Assembly: GCA_041288095.1 (NCBI GenBank)
Contig: JBGGMJ010000001.1
Location: 1 to 52,046 of the forward strand
Source: Myxococcota bacterium
GTDB taxonomy: Bacteria; Myxococcota; XYA12-FULL-58-9; JALHOP01
DNA: 52,046 bases
Direction of reading: 5' to 3'
Of the stretch, positions 26,599 to 36,391 are shown one piece after another. Numbering within the stretch: position 1 is the first letter of the stretch; every line of letters starts with the position of its first letter. Position numbers and translations under genes: made by a program. The notes below the pieces were generated by a model. The model saw only the letters and a list, made by a program, of their open reading frames with translations, made no database searches and had not been told where the DNA came from.

Positions 26599-29500
26599 TT
26601 AGGCGGATTTGTACAGCGCCGCGGCCAAATGCCGCGGCAACAGCAGCGGCTGCTTCACCACGCGGGCGCGGTCGATCGGCTGCTCCACGGGCACCATCAC
26701 CGCGGTATAAGCGCTGGTCGAGCGCACGATATGACGATGCTCGAGCTCGCCGCGAATCTTCACGCTGCCACCGCCCGCCGGCATGACGTAGAACGACACG
26801 TCCGCGAAGGCGGTCACGAGCTTCGAGGAGAGCTTGGGGTCGAGCCGCAGGCGAACGCCGCGTTCGAACGGCTCCGCGTCGAAGTAGAGCGGGATCTGGA
26901 GACCGACCGCGCTCGTGAAGGTCTCCTTGATCTTGCCCTTCTCGGGGACGAAGCTCGCCATGAACAGCTCTTTGCGGCGTCCGTCCTCACCGATGACATA
27001 GCGATTCCAGTGCGTCACGCCCTGGCGATCGCGCAGCAACTCGGTTTCGACGTTGAACTCGCCCGAGGTCACCACCTCCGTCCCCAGGACCGCGCCACCC
27101 AGGTGCGCGCTGATGTTCGTGGCGACGACGTTCATCGTCTGCGCCATGAAGTCGAAGAGATTCGTCGGGGAGGGGACGCCCGCCACGACCTCGATTCGCG
27201 ACTGGCCGCGATAGCGGTCGGGATGCTTGTAATAGGCAACGACGCTCGGGTCGACCTGCGCCAGCTCCTCCGGCTCGAGCACCTCGCGAAGATCGAGGAG
27301 CTTGTCGGCGATGGTGTGCACGGGAATGTGCTTGCCGTCGGGGCCACGCCCGTTGAGCACGCCGCCGCGGAAAAGCGTGCGCGCGATACCGGACGTCGTC
27401 ACCAAACCCTGGAGCATGCGCTTGGTCAGCATGCGGTCGGTCGGCAGGCCGCGCGCGTCGAAATCGGGCTGCGAGCCGGTGAGGGTGTCGGTGAAGAGCT
27501 TGGCGACGGAGCGCAGCTCCTCGCCCAAGAACGGAATGGTGCCTGACGCGAACAGCGTCTCACGGAAGTGATCGAAGGCGCGCACCAGTGCTTCTTCGTA
27601 GGGCAGCTTGTCGGCGACGGCTTGATCGTAGACGTCGCGGCCGTGCACCATGGCGATGAAATAGGTGGCCAGCGGCGCCAGCGCCGGGTCGCGGATGGCG
27701 TCACGCCAGAAGAGCTGGGCTTGCTTGCGGAACTCCGGTGAGTCGAGCTGCGCGAAGTCTTCCATGTGCGCTTCGAACCAGAGACGTTCGATGGTCTCCT
27801 TCGACGGCCCCAATCCGCGGCGCGCGCTCGCATGGGCGTCGACGTACACTTGCCACTTGGCCGTCTTCGGGCGGCCGAAGTTGTCGACCGGCATGATGTA
27901 GTTGGGGACCATGCCGTAGGCGGTGTGTTGGTGATAGGCGCCGGTGAGCGCCAGCATGTTGGCGCTGTACTCGAGCAGACCGTTCATCGGCGTCGGGTAT
28001 TTGCGCTGGAAGTCGTGAATCAAGTTGCTGCGCACACGGGCCTGCGCTTGCCGGACGACACCCAGCAGCTCCTTGGCCTGGAAGACGCCGTCGGTGCCAG
28101 AAACCCGGGCCGGCGCGTGAATGGGGTCGACGCGGTCGAAGTCGGAGAAGTCGAGACGGTAGCGCGGGAGCGTAAGGCCCTCGACACGGCCGCGCGGCGG
28201 CTCGGCGAAGGTCGCGCTCGCGAGCTGCTGCTTCTCGACGGTGCCCACACCCACCGGCAGCTCGAGATCGAGTGCTTGGCGCAGCTCGAGGCGCTCGGCG
28301 GGCGATATATCGACGGCGATGGCGTCCGCTTTGGCGGCCTTCGGCTGGTGACCCGTGATGAAGGTGCCGAGCATGCCCCAGAAACCGAACCACCACTCGC
28401 GCGTGAGGGGATTCCAAGGGTTCGAGCCATTGTCCATGCTGGCGCGATTCCAGATCATGCCGATGGTGCCGCGGCGGACGAGCTCGCGGGTCACCGACAG
28501 CGGATAGAAGCGCGCGACGCTGGTCGCCTTCACGCCCTGGTCGAGGTCGGCTTCGACGCTCTTCAAGGTGTTGACGTAGGCGTCGACGATGCGGCGGTGC
28601 TTCATCGGCGTCTCGGCATAGAGCTTCGCGAACTGTGGGCTCGCGACCGCGCGCTTGAAGTCGGCGATGTGCGCCCTGAAAAACGCCTCTTCGATGACTT
28701 CGCGCGGCGCGGCGCTGCGCACCGCCGCGACGTATGCCCGCCAAAGCGGACCGCGCGGCTTGCCGTCGGCGTCAATGGGGTTCGCCGACGCGTAGTCGTA
28801 GCCGATGATCGGCAGGATGTGGAACGTCTCGTTGATGGCCCAACCCGAGCAGAATGCGGAGAGCTGGCGACCGCCGGTCGAGGGATAGCGCTTGAAGAAG
28901 TCGCGCATCTGGTGCGCGACGCGGTACCCTTGCTCCTTCGTGAACGTGTAGCCCGATGGCGGCGTCGAGGGTCCCGGTGGCGGCGCCTGCAAGGCCTCGG
29001 TCCGCCAATCGGCGCGCGTCTGCTGCCACAGCGACGTGAGGCCGGCGTTGACGGTGGCGACGGTGCCGTTGATCGGACCCAACGCGAGATACTCGTCGAG
29101 CGCCGCGCGGGCGTCGGTGCTGAACGCCGCCGCATGCTGGCGGCGGAACGACTGCAGCGCCTCACGACCGTCGGTCACTGGGTCATTCAGGCGGGCGCGA
29201 TGGGCAAGCTGCCAGACCTCGTGGGTGTCGATGCGTTGATCGGCGAGGAGCTTTTCGATGAGCGCCGGAGGCAAGACCTTCGCGGGCGGCGGTGGCAAAC
29301 GAATGATGCCTTCGCGCGCCGGTACGAGCGGCAAGCCGAGCTGCTGCGCGACCAGCGTCATCAGCGGCCCGAGACCGTGCTTCTCCGCCTCTTCCTGGGC
29401 GAATTTCACCTCGCGCTTGCTCAGCTGGCCGTCGTGGATGCCGGCGAAGGCAAAGCGCCGCAGCCAAGTCACGCCGGCGAGCTGCTCGACCGCGTCGGCG

Positions 29501-29748
29501 CTGTGGAAGGCTCGCCGCACGTGACCGAGCCAGGTCTCGACCTGCTCGAGCCGCAGCGCCGGCTCCTTGCCGACGGCGATGATGTCGCGAACGCCCTGAC
29601 GCGCCAAGGCCGCGCGGTACTGCACCGGCACGTCCTTGAGGAGCACGAGCTCGCCGAGTCGCGGGTAAACCGTGGCCCGCGCGCGCAGCTGCGCGCAGAG
29701 ATGTGCCGTCACGCGGTCGACCGCGTGCAGTGTAGACAGAGCTGACAT
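26599..29748 (-). CDS. Large hypothetical protein (1049 aa) with an internally duplicated domain of about 100 aa
   Basis: Long ORF with natural composition and two aligned segments (DFFKRYP...SPQFAK and DFQRKYP...SPEFRK); no signal peptide. Confidence 0.85.
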   Translation of the reverse strand: MSALSTLHAVDRVTAHLCAQLRARATVYPRLGELVLLKDVPVQYRAALARQGVRDIIAVGKEPALRLEQVETWLGHVRRAFHSADAVEQLAGVTWLRRFAFAGIHDGQLSKREVKFAQEEAEKHGLGPLMTLVAQQLGLPLVPAREGIIRLPPPPAKVLPPALIEKLLADQRIDTHEVWQLAHRARLNDPVTDGREALQSFRRQHAAAFSTDARAALDEYLALGPINGTVATVNAGLTSLWQQTRADWRTEALQAPPPGPSTPPSGYTFTKEQGYRVAHQMRDFFKRYPSTGGRQLSAFCSGWAINETFHILPIIGYDYASANPIDADGKPRGPLWRAYVAAVRSAAPREVIEEAFFRAHIADFKRAVASPQFAKLYAETPMKHRRIVDAYVNTLKSVEADLDQGVKATSVARFYPLSVTRELVRRGTIGMIWNRASMDNGSNPWNPLTREWWFGFWGMLGTFITGHQPKAAKADAIAVDISPAERLELRQALDLELPVGVGTVEKQQLASATFAEPPRGRVEGLTLPRYRLDFSDFDRVDPIHAPARVSGTDGVFQAKELLGVVRQAQARVRSNLIHDFQRKYPTPMNGLLEYSANMLALTGAYHQHTAYGMVPNYIMPVDNFGRPKTAKWQVYVDAHASARRGLGPSKETIERLWFEAHMEDFAQLDSPEFRKQAQLFWRDAIRDPALAPLATYFIAMVHGRDVYDQAVADKLPYEEALVRAFDHFRETLFASGTIPFLGEELRSVAKLFTDTLTGSQPDFDARGLPTDRMLTKRMLQGLVTTSGIARTLFRGGVLNGRGPDGKHIPVHTIADKLLDLREVLEPEELAQVDPSVVAYYKHPDRYRGQSRIEVVAGVPSPTNLFDFMAQTMNVVATNISAHLGGAVLGTEVVTSGEFNVETELLRDRQGVTHWNRYVIGEDGRRKELFMASFVPEKGKIKETFTSAVGLQIPLYFDAEPFERGVRLRLDPKLSSKLVTAFADVSFYVMPAGGGSVKIRGELEHRHIVRSTSAYTAVMVPVEQPIDRARVVKQPLLLPRHLAAALYKSA

Positions 29749-29764
29749 GGGATTGACCCACTGA

Positions 29765-29790
29765 ATCGGCAGGTCGTGCCACGGGGTTGC
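29765..29790 (-). promoter_or_regulatory. Candidate alternative-sigma promoter GCAAC-N15-GCCGAT upstream of the 1049-aa gene
   Basis: Minus strand reads GCAAC cccgtggcacgacct GCCGAT, 16 nt before ATG at 29748. Confidence 0.6.
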
Positions 29791-29814
29791 GCGGTTCGGG
29801 GCTGACTCGAAGGC

Positions 29815-30858
29815 CTAGATCGGCGGAAACAGGCGCATGAAGTGCCCGGCGAACCAGAAGAAGGCCCCGAGCCCCACCCCGACGCCCAGTATGAAGGCAA
29901 TGAGGGCGACCAAGACCCTGCTCGCGCCTCTGGTTTCGCGTTTCGGCGGAGTCACCAAAGCAGCGTCGGAAACCTCCGCCGTATCGACCGCGACTTCGTA
30001 GTCCTCGAGCACCTGCCGCACCTCGACGACCCGGTGCTGCGCAAGACCCCGCAGGATTGCGTCTCGCAGCTCCTCGGGGTCGCCTACGCGCTCCTTGGGC
30101 TTGATGGCGACGCAGCGCCTGACGAGCTCGACGAATTCTTCGCTGAGCGTCGGGACGTACGTGCGCGGGTCGACGAAGTCACCGCGGCCAAAACGCCCGT
30201 CCTCCGAAACCGCGCTCTCGTACGGCAAGTGCCCTGTCGTGAGGTTGTAGAGCACCGCGCCGACCGCGAAGATATCGCAGCGGTGATCGATGTTGCGGCC
30301 CTCGAGCTGTTCAGGGGCCATGAAGCCGGGCGTGCCGATCGCCTGCGTGTGCGACGCGATCTCGTCGACCCCCAAGAGGTCGCTCGCCTCGAGCACCTTG
30401 ATGACGCCGAAGTCGGCGAGCACGACGCGACCGCGGTGCAACATGATGTTCTCGGGCTTGATGTCGCGATGCACGACCTTGAAGCGGTGAGCGTGCTGCA
30501 AGGCGAGTGACAGCTCGTGACCCACGCACAAGGCGGTGCGCTCGCGCATCGGCCCACGCTGCAAGAGCGTGTCGTACAGGTTCTTGCCGGGGACGTACTC
30601 GAGCACGAGGTAGAGGTCGTTCCCCTGGTGGCCGCTGTAGTCGTAGAGCTCGACGATGTTGGGGTGCTTGAGCACCGCGATGGCCCGCGCTTCGAGCTCG
30701 AAGCGCTCGCGGGTGCGCTCGTCCACTTTAGCGGCCAATATTTTCAAGGCCACTTCACGGTTCAGCTTGGGATCGGTCGCGAGGTAAACGCGTCCCATGG
30801 CGCCCTGCCCGAGCAAGCGGTCGATGCGATAACGGTCGATGGCGATGGTCTTGGTCAT
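29815..30858 (-). CDS. Ser/Thr protein kinase with C-terminal TM anchor
   Basis: LGQGAMGRVY, VALK, HPNIV, HRDIKPEN, DFG and GTPGFMAPE motifs; hydrophobic C-terminus. Confidence 0.94.
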   Translation of the reverse strand: MTKTIAIDRYRIDRLLGQGAMGRVYLATDPKLNREVALKILAAKVDERTRERFELEARAIAVLKHPNIVELYDYSGHQGNDLYLVLEYVPGKNLYDTLLQRGPMRERTALCVGHELSLALQHAHRFKVVHRDIKPENIMLHRGRVVLADFGVIKVLEASDLLGVDEIASHTQAIGTPGFMAPEQLEGRNIDHRCDIFAVGAVLYNLTTGHLPYESAVSEDGRFGRGDFVDPRTYVPTLSEEFVELVRRCVAIKPKERVGDPEELRDAILRGLAQHRVVEVRQVLEDYEVAVDTAEVSDAALVTPPKRETRGASRVLVALIAFILGVGVGLGAFFWFAGHFMRLFPPI

Positions 30859-33740
30859 CAGTAGTTGCTGGACAGGAGCACGAAGAAGCCGTCGATGGCC
30901 GAATCGGGTCCGAGGCCATGACCATAACCCAAACGCAGCGTCGTGAAGATGCTGTATGCGATGGTCATGCCCAGACGTGCTTCGGCGCCGACGCTGTAGT
31001 GCTGACCGTCGGCAAGCCCCGATGGGTGGTCGGCGATGGCCGCGGCGTCGAGGAACGGCGCGATGTGGAAGGTACGGAAGAAGAGCGGCAGCGTGTCGAG
31101 GCCGCGATAGACGTCGACGAGCGGCAGGCGATACTCGAGGTGCCCTTCGACCAAGCAGTTGCCCGAATACGGGGTCAACGGGAAGCCGCGCAGAGCTTGC
31201 GAGGCGGTGAGGCGACCGGAGAGCGCGTCGAGGATGAGATTGCGTGACGGCAGGCCGGCGATGCTGAAGAGGCGGCGACGGTCGTACGACGAGACACCGT
31301 AGGCACCGTAGAGATTCACGTAGAGCACCTGGCGCTTGAACCAGGGGTTGGTGAGATAGCCGCTGAAGTCGATGCTGCCGAGCCGTGAGCTGTATTCCGA
31401 GCCGAGCCAGGGCTCTTCGACGCGCCCGCCGAGCGAGATGACGATGCCGTCTTGGGGACTGATCGAGCCGAGATAGGAACGCGTGTTCGAATACGTGAGC
31501 GTCGCCGCGAACGAGTTGAAGAACCCGTATTCGGGTGGCGCCACCGGGGTCACGTCGTCGGGTGCTTCGAATGGGTCGCGATAGCGGACATTGTACGACA
31601 AGCCCAAGGAAAGTGAGTTGAAGAAGCGACGGTAGAGGGGAATGCTCGTGGCGAGCGAGCCGTAATACTGCTCCTCTTCGATGTACTGGGTGACTCCGCT
31701 CGCCGTGCGCACCGGCACGGCCGCGAAGCCCAGGGAACGCTGCAACGCCAAGGTAAAGCCGTAGCGGAAGGTCTGGTTCTGATAGACCGCGACGAAGCTG
31801 TTGAAGTGCGAGTCGGTGCCCCAGGTGTATTGCAAGTCGAAGGCATGGCGGCCGAGCGCATCCTGGCCCGTGACCTCGAAGCCGATGGTGTCGCCGCGTG
31901 GATCCTGGCCGAGGATGGGCAGCCAGGCGCGCGGGTAAACACTCGCGGTCGGGTCATACGGCTTCGACGGATAGGTCTCGAGCCGAGCGCGGTCGATCGG
32001 ATCAGGGCGAGCCACACTATCCGCTTCAGCGGTCTGCCATGCGTCGGGAGTCACCGGCAAGCGCGCGAGGTCGAAGCCCTCCGAGTCGTAGCTGCGGTAG
32101 ACGAGGAAGGCCCCGTCGGGTGACGGCTGCGGATCGAAGGCGCCGCCCACCACCCTGGTGACCCGCCGCACGTCGCCGCCCGCCACCGACATGGCATACA
32201 GATCGAACACCCCGGTGCGATCGGAGTGGAAATAGATCCATTTGCCGTCTGGCGAGTAGATGGCGCCGCTGTCGACCGCGCGATCGAAGGTGAGCCGCCG
32301 CACCACGTGGGACGTGACGTCCACGGCGTAGAGGTCGCGCTGACCGCCGGCAAAGCCGCTGAACACCACCGTGCGCCCGTCGGGCGAGAAGTGCGGATTG
32401 TAAACGTTGGTCGCCTCGCCGAGGTCGGCGATGACTTCGATGCGCCGCGTGTCCGCGAGATCGATGCGCTTCAAGACGCTATGGCCGCCGTCGTTGCTGC
32501 CGAACACGGCGTGCGTACCATCGCGGTCGACATCGAGCCCGAAAGCGCGGGCGCTCTCGGTGAGCCGCTCCTTGTCACCGGTCTCGAGATCGATGCGAAA
32601 GAGGTCGCCGAACACATAGTAGACGTCGCTGATCTCGTTCTGTACCGCGAGGACGTGACGCTGGTCGGGGAGCACGGCGAGATCCGCGCCGCCGTTGAGC
32701 CGGCAGATGACGCGCTCGCGCCCGGAGGGGTCGCGCACGCGCAGGCGCGTCTGGTCACCGATCGGCGACTCGAAGAAGACGATGCCGCCGTCGTTCATGA
32801 CGCGGGCGCCGCCGATGTCCTGACCACGGAAGGTGAGCCGCTCGCCCTCGACGTTACCGGCCTCGCGGATCGCCGCTTCTTGCGCGTGATAGCGGCTGCG
32901 CGTGTCGTCCATGAAATCGTCGTAGAGCTCGTTGTACTCGCGGCCGGTGTGGTCCTTGGCGGTGTAGTTGAGGCCGTAGGGAATGAGCTGGCTGCCGTAT
33001 TGATGACCGATGTCGCGGAGCGCGCTCTCGTCGTAGTGGAGGCGGATCCAGTCGATGAAGTGAGCGCCATAAAGATACGCCGAGGTGCCTTGCGGCCAGC
33101 GCAGGGGTGCGCCGGTGATCTCGTCCAGGCTGAGCTCGCGCCCGCGCAACACCTGCATACGCAGGAGCATGTCGAAGTAGCTGCTGCGTAAGCGGCCGCG
33201 CGACGTGAGGTCGGTCTCGAAGTAGGTGGCGAGGCCTTCGGTGAACCAGCTCGGTTGCGCCGAGTTCGGCACCAAGATGCGCCCGAAGATCGCATTCACC
33301 AGCCACGGCAAGCCGTGGATCTGATCGATGTGCACGTTGTGCACCATCTCGTGCGTCACCAGGAGGTTGAGCCAGTCGTCGAAGTCGGAGAGCACGGAGG
33401 TGTCGTCGGGCGCAACCGCGTTCAGCCCGATTAGGTTGTAAGGGTAAGCCCGTGAGAAACCATTGGCCGAATCGCCCTCGTCATCGAGGACGATGTCGAT
33501 CGGCGTCTTCGGTCGCCACTCGAGGCGCGCGGTCATCAGAGCGAACGCGGTCTCGGCGCGACGCGTGGCTTCGACCGCTTGAACGTACAGGCCCTTGGGA
33601 TAGTGCAGGCGAAAGTTGGGGCTGACGACCGTGTGCCACTCGAGCGCCGGGTCATACGCTTTAGCGGACATTGGCGTCAGGAAGACCAAGGCGCCAAACA
33701 GGCCCAAGATCATCGTGACCAACAATGAACGGCGACTCAT
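30858..33740 (-). CDS. Exported protein with gluzincin-like domain, TolB/PD40 beta-propeller and Omp85/BamA-like barrel
   Basis: Signal peptide; THEMVH and WFTEGLATY; propeller repeats (PHFSPDGR, YSPDGKWIYF.SDRTG, PQPSPDG); barrel motif LRGF and EYRLPL; terminal aromatic residue. Confidence 0.85.
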   Translation of the reverse strand: MSRRSLLVTMILGLFGALVFLTPMSAKAYDPALEWHTVVSPNFRLHYPKGLYVQAVEATRRAETAFALMTARLEWRPKTPIDIVLDDEGDSANGFSRAYPYNLIGLNAVAPDDTSVLSDFDDWLNLLVTHEMVHNVHIDQIHGLPWLVNAIFGRILVPNSAQPSWFTEGLATYFETDLTSRGRLRSSYFDMLLRMQVLRGRELSLDEITGAPLRWPQGTSAYLYGAHFIDWIRLHYDESALRDIGHQYGSQLIPYGLNYTAKDHTGREYNELYDDFMDDTRSRYHAQEAAIREAGNVEGERLTFRGQDIGGARVMNDGGIVFFESPIGDQTRLRVRDPSGRERVICRLNGGADLAVLPDQRHVLAVQNEISDVYYVFGDLFRIDLETGDKERLTESARAFGLDVDRDGTHAVFGSNDGGHSVLKRIDLADTRRIEVIADLGEATNVYNPHFSPDGRTVVFSGFAGGQRDLYAVDVTSHVVRRLTFDRAVDSGAIYSPDGKWIYFHSDRTGVFDLYAMSVAGGDVRRVTRVVGGAFDPQPSPDGAFLVYRSYDSEGFDLARLPVTPDAWQTAEADSVARPDPIDRARLETYPSKPYDPTASVYPRAWLPILGQDPRGDTIGFEVTGQDALGRHAFDLQYTWGTDSHFNSFVAVYQNQTFRYGFTLALQRSLGFAAVPVRTASGVTQYIEEEQYYGSLATSIPLYRRFFNSLSLGLSYNVRYRDPFEAPDDVTPVAPPEYGFFNSFAATLTYSNTRSYLGSISPQDGIVISLGGRVEEPWLGSEYSSRLGSIDFSGYLTNPWFKRQVLYVNLYGAYGVSSYDRRRLFSIAGLPSRNLILDALSGRLTASQALRGFPLTPYSGNCLVEGHLEYRLPLVDVYRGLDTLPLFFRTFHIAPFLDAAAIADHPSGLADGQHYSVGAEARLGMTIAYSIFTTLRLGYGHGLGPDSAIDGFFVLLSSNY

Positions 33741-33769
33741 TTTTGTCGACGCCCGCCTCGAAGCCTGCG

Positions 33770-34897
33770 ATGCTTGGCTCCGTGCCCGAGCTCTCCGTCC
33801 TCGTCGTCGACGACGACCAACGACTGCTGCAAGCCCTTACGACCGAGCTGGCCAAACGCTACCGTGTGACCACCGCGTCCGATGGCGATGAGGCTCTCGC
33901 GAAGGCGCGGCATGCGCCGCCCGACGTCGTGGTGGCCGACGTCATCATGCCGAATCTCGATGGTCACGCGCTCTGTCGCACGCTGCGCGCCGAACCGGCA
34001 TTCCGTACCACGTCGATCATCATCATGAGCGGCCGCACCGGCACCGACGCCGTGGTCGCGGCCCTCGAGATCGGCGCCGACGATTGCATCTCGAAGCCCT
34101 TCGAGATGCGCGAGCTGATCGCGCGCATCGACGCGCAGGTGCGGGCGCGCCGCATGGAGCGCTCGCTGGTCGAGCGTGAGACCCGACTCGCCGCCATCGG
34201 CACCTTGGCGAGCTCGGTGGTTCATGACGTGCGTAACGGCCTCACTGCGCTGCTTGCCCGCGCCGACTTTGCCCGCACGAAGCGAGGAAACGCGGCGGTC
34301 GAAAAGGACCTCACCATCATCGAGGGCTTGGCGGTTCGTCTCAACCGCAATTTGCAGGACATTCTCGATTTTGCCCGTGGCGACGATGTGGTCTTGAAGC
34401 GCCGCCCGATAAGCGTCGCCGACTTCTTCCAGCGTTTGCAAGACGAGCTGACGAGCACCTTCGCGCACGGCGCGGTCGAGCTATCGGTGGTCATCGAGGG
34501 TGAGACCCAGGTCGAGGTCCATTGCGACGCCGATCGCTTGCACCGTGCGCTCGAGAATCTCCTGCTCAATGCGCGAGCCGCGAGCGTCTCGAGCAAGCGT
34601 CAGCCGGCCAGGGTCGCGCTCAACGTCCAGGTCGCGCCCGACGAGCTCCACGTCGTCGTCGACGATAGCGGCGACGGCATTCCCGCCGCGCAGCTCCAGA
34701 GCTTGTTCGGAGTTTTCGCGGCCCACGGCACCAACGCCGGCACGGGTCTCGGACTCGCCACCGTCCGCAACATCGTCCGCGCCCACGGGGGCGAAGTGCA
34801 CGCTCAGGGCAGCGGCCCGCTCGGTGGCGCGCGGTTCCACTTGTGGATCCCGAACGTCATCCCTGCTGTAGAAACCGCAGCACCCGCTGTTCGATGA
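33770..34897 (+). CDS. Hybrid response regulator - sensor histidine kinase
   Basis: VLVVDDD, ADVIMP and KPF receiver motifs; HDVRN H-box; NLLLNA, DSGDGI and GTGLGL ATPase boxes. Confidence 0.93.
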   Translation: MLGSVPELSVLVVDDDQRLLQALTTELAKRYRVTTASDGDEALAKARHAPPDVVVADVIMPNLDGHALCRTLRAEPAFRTTSIIIMSGRTGTDAVVAALEIGADDCISKPFEMRELIARIDAQVRARRMERSLVERETRLAAIGTLASSVVHDVRNGLTALLARADFARTKRGNAAVEKDLTIIEGLAVRLNRNLQDILDFARGDDVVLKRRPISVADFFQRLQDELTSTFAHGAVELSVVIEGETQVEVHCDADRLHRALENLLLNARAASVSSKRQPARVALNVQVAPDELHVVVDDSGDGIPAAQLQSLFGVFAAHGTNAGTGLGLATVRNIVRAHGGEVHAQGSGPLGGARFHLWIPNVIPAVETAAPAVR

Positions 34898-35714
34898 GGC
34901 CACGCTGCTCGATGGGCGCGACGTGGCTGCCCTCGGGCACGACGAACAAGTTGGCGTTGGCGAGCAGGTGCGCCATGCGCTCGGAGAGATGCACCGGCGT
35001 CACCGTATCGCGCTCGCCGGCGACGACCAGCGTCGGCGTGTGAATCTCGGGCAGGCGCGTCTCGAGGGTGTGCTCGCGGGCATCGTCGAGCAGCCGCATG
35101 AAGATGCGGATGTCCATCTTGGCCACGTGGTCGAAGTAAGGCTGGAAGTCTTCGCGACGGATGAGGTGACTCGCGACCTCGCGCGAAGCCGCGTACGCGT
35201 AGACCAGCTCCATGGCGGCGGCGCGGCTCCAGAAGCGCTGAGCGGCCTCCGGAAAGCGGCGGACCACGCGCATGAGATAGGGGAAGGCGCGGTTCGCGAG
35301 GTCGTTGCCATGCAAGTTGTCGAGCGGACGGCCGTAGCTGCCGCAGATCGGCACCAGCGACAGCAGACGCTGCGGCGCCGCGAGCGCCATCTCGAGGGCA
35401 ACTTGGACGCCCATCGAGTGGCCGAAGAGATGAGCCTCGCGCAGCTCGAAGGCGTCGAAGACGCGATGCAGGTCGCGCGCGAAGATCTTCACGCCGATGT
35501 TAGGGTGCTCTCCTTGCACCAAGCTGTTGCCGTGTCCGCGATAGTGCCAGTGGATGACGCGGTAGTGCTCGGCGAGCCGCGCTCCCAGGTAGCGCCAAAT
35601 GAAACCGTCACAAGCGAGGCCGTCGCACAAGACAACGGCCTGCGCCTTGCTGCGGCCGATCTCCGAGGCGTAGAGCCGCACACCGTCCTCGGTCGTGACG
35701 AACCGCTCGATCAC
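34857..35714 (-). CDS. Alpha/beta fold hydrolase
   Basis: YRGHG, nucleophile elbow GHSMG, GERD and GSH catalytic motifs. Confidence 0.92.
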   Translation of the reverse strand: MIERFVTTEDGVRLYASEIGRSKAQAVVLCDGLACDGFIWRYLGARLAEHYRVIHWHYRGHGNSLVQGEHPNIGVKIFARDLHRVFDAFELREAHLFGHSMGVQVALEMALAAPQRLLSLVPICGSYGRPLDNLHGNDLANRAFPYLMRVVRRFPEAAQRFWSRAAAMELVYAYAASREVASHLIRREDFQPYFDHVAKMDIRIFMRLLDDAREHTLETRLPEIHTPTLVVAGERDTVTPVHLSERMAHLLANANLFVVPEGSHVAPIEQRGLIEQRVLRFLQQG

Positions 35715-36391
35715 GGCGGGGCTAGCTCCGTGACGCTGAACGAATAGGTGAGCATGAGAGTGGCGGCGTCGGCGGCGACGATCACCACATCGCCCTCGCT
35801 GGGGCGCGCCGGAACCTGGTAGACCTGCGCGCCGCTGTCCGCTGCGACGGACAACGCGACCGCCGACAAATCGGGGCTGGTCGCGCGCCCTACCCCTCCG
35901 ACCTCCAGCTGGGCGAGCTCGTCGCTACCGTCGGCGCCGAGGTCGAACGAGACTGGTCCGCTGCTGGTCGCATTGACCAGGCGCAGCGCCCCCAGCGCGA
36001 CGCGCGCGAGGTCGTCGGCGAAGCGCACGGGCATGAGCGCCTCGGCGGTGCCGGCGAGGACGACAGTGACGCGCTCGCGGCTCGCGAGGGTGATCTCGAA
36101 GGAGCTCATCACCTCGGAGTTTGGGGACGCCGCGGCGAGACGCAAGTCCACGGTGTACGAGCGCGCCGCCACTTCGATGAAGCCTTGCGCGAAACCATGC
36201 CCCAAGCTCGAGAGGACCGGGTCTCGCGTCTCGCGGAGATAGACGTCGAGCGCCGGCGTGTCCGCCATGACGTGCAAGAGGCGCAGCTGTGCCCAACCAT
36301 CGGGCGGCGGTGGCGGTAGGACGTCGTAGTTCGTCGGCTCGGTCTCGGTGCAGGCGGTGGCGGCGAGCACGAGCAACAGCCACCGCTTCAC
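35711..36391 (-). CDS. DUF4397-like lipoprotein
   Basis: GTG start overlapping the upstream stop; lipobox ATAC; LRLLH.MADTPALDVY and LRLVNA repeats. Confidence 0.75.
   Translation of the reverse strand: MKRWLLLVLAATACTETEPTNYDVLPPPPPDGWAQLRLLHVMADTPALDVYLRETRDPVLSSLGHGFAQGFIEVAARSYTVDLRLAAASPNSEVMSSFEITLASRERVTVVLAGTAEALMPVRFADDLARVALGALRLVNATSSGPVSFDLGADGSDELAQLEVGGVGRATSPDLSAVALSVAADSGAQVYQVPARPSEGDVVIVAADAATLMLTYSFSVTELAPP

Noticed and set aside
27766-29745. 659-aa plus-strand ORF
   Set aside because: Antisense shadow of the 1049-aa gene; R/A/V/G-rich, no motifs, expected from high third-position GC.
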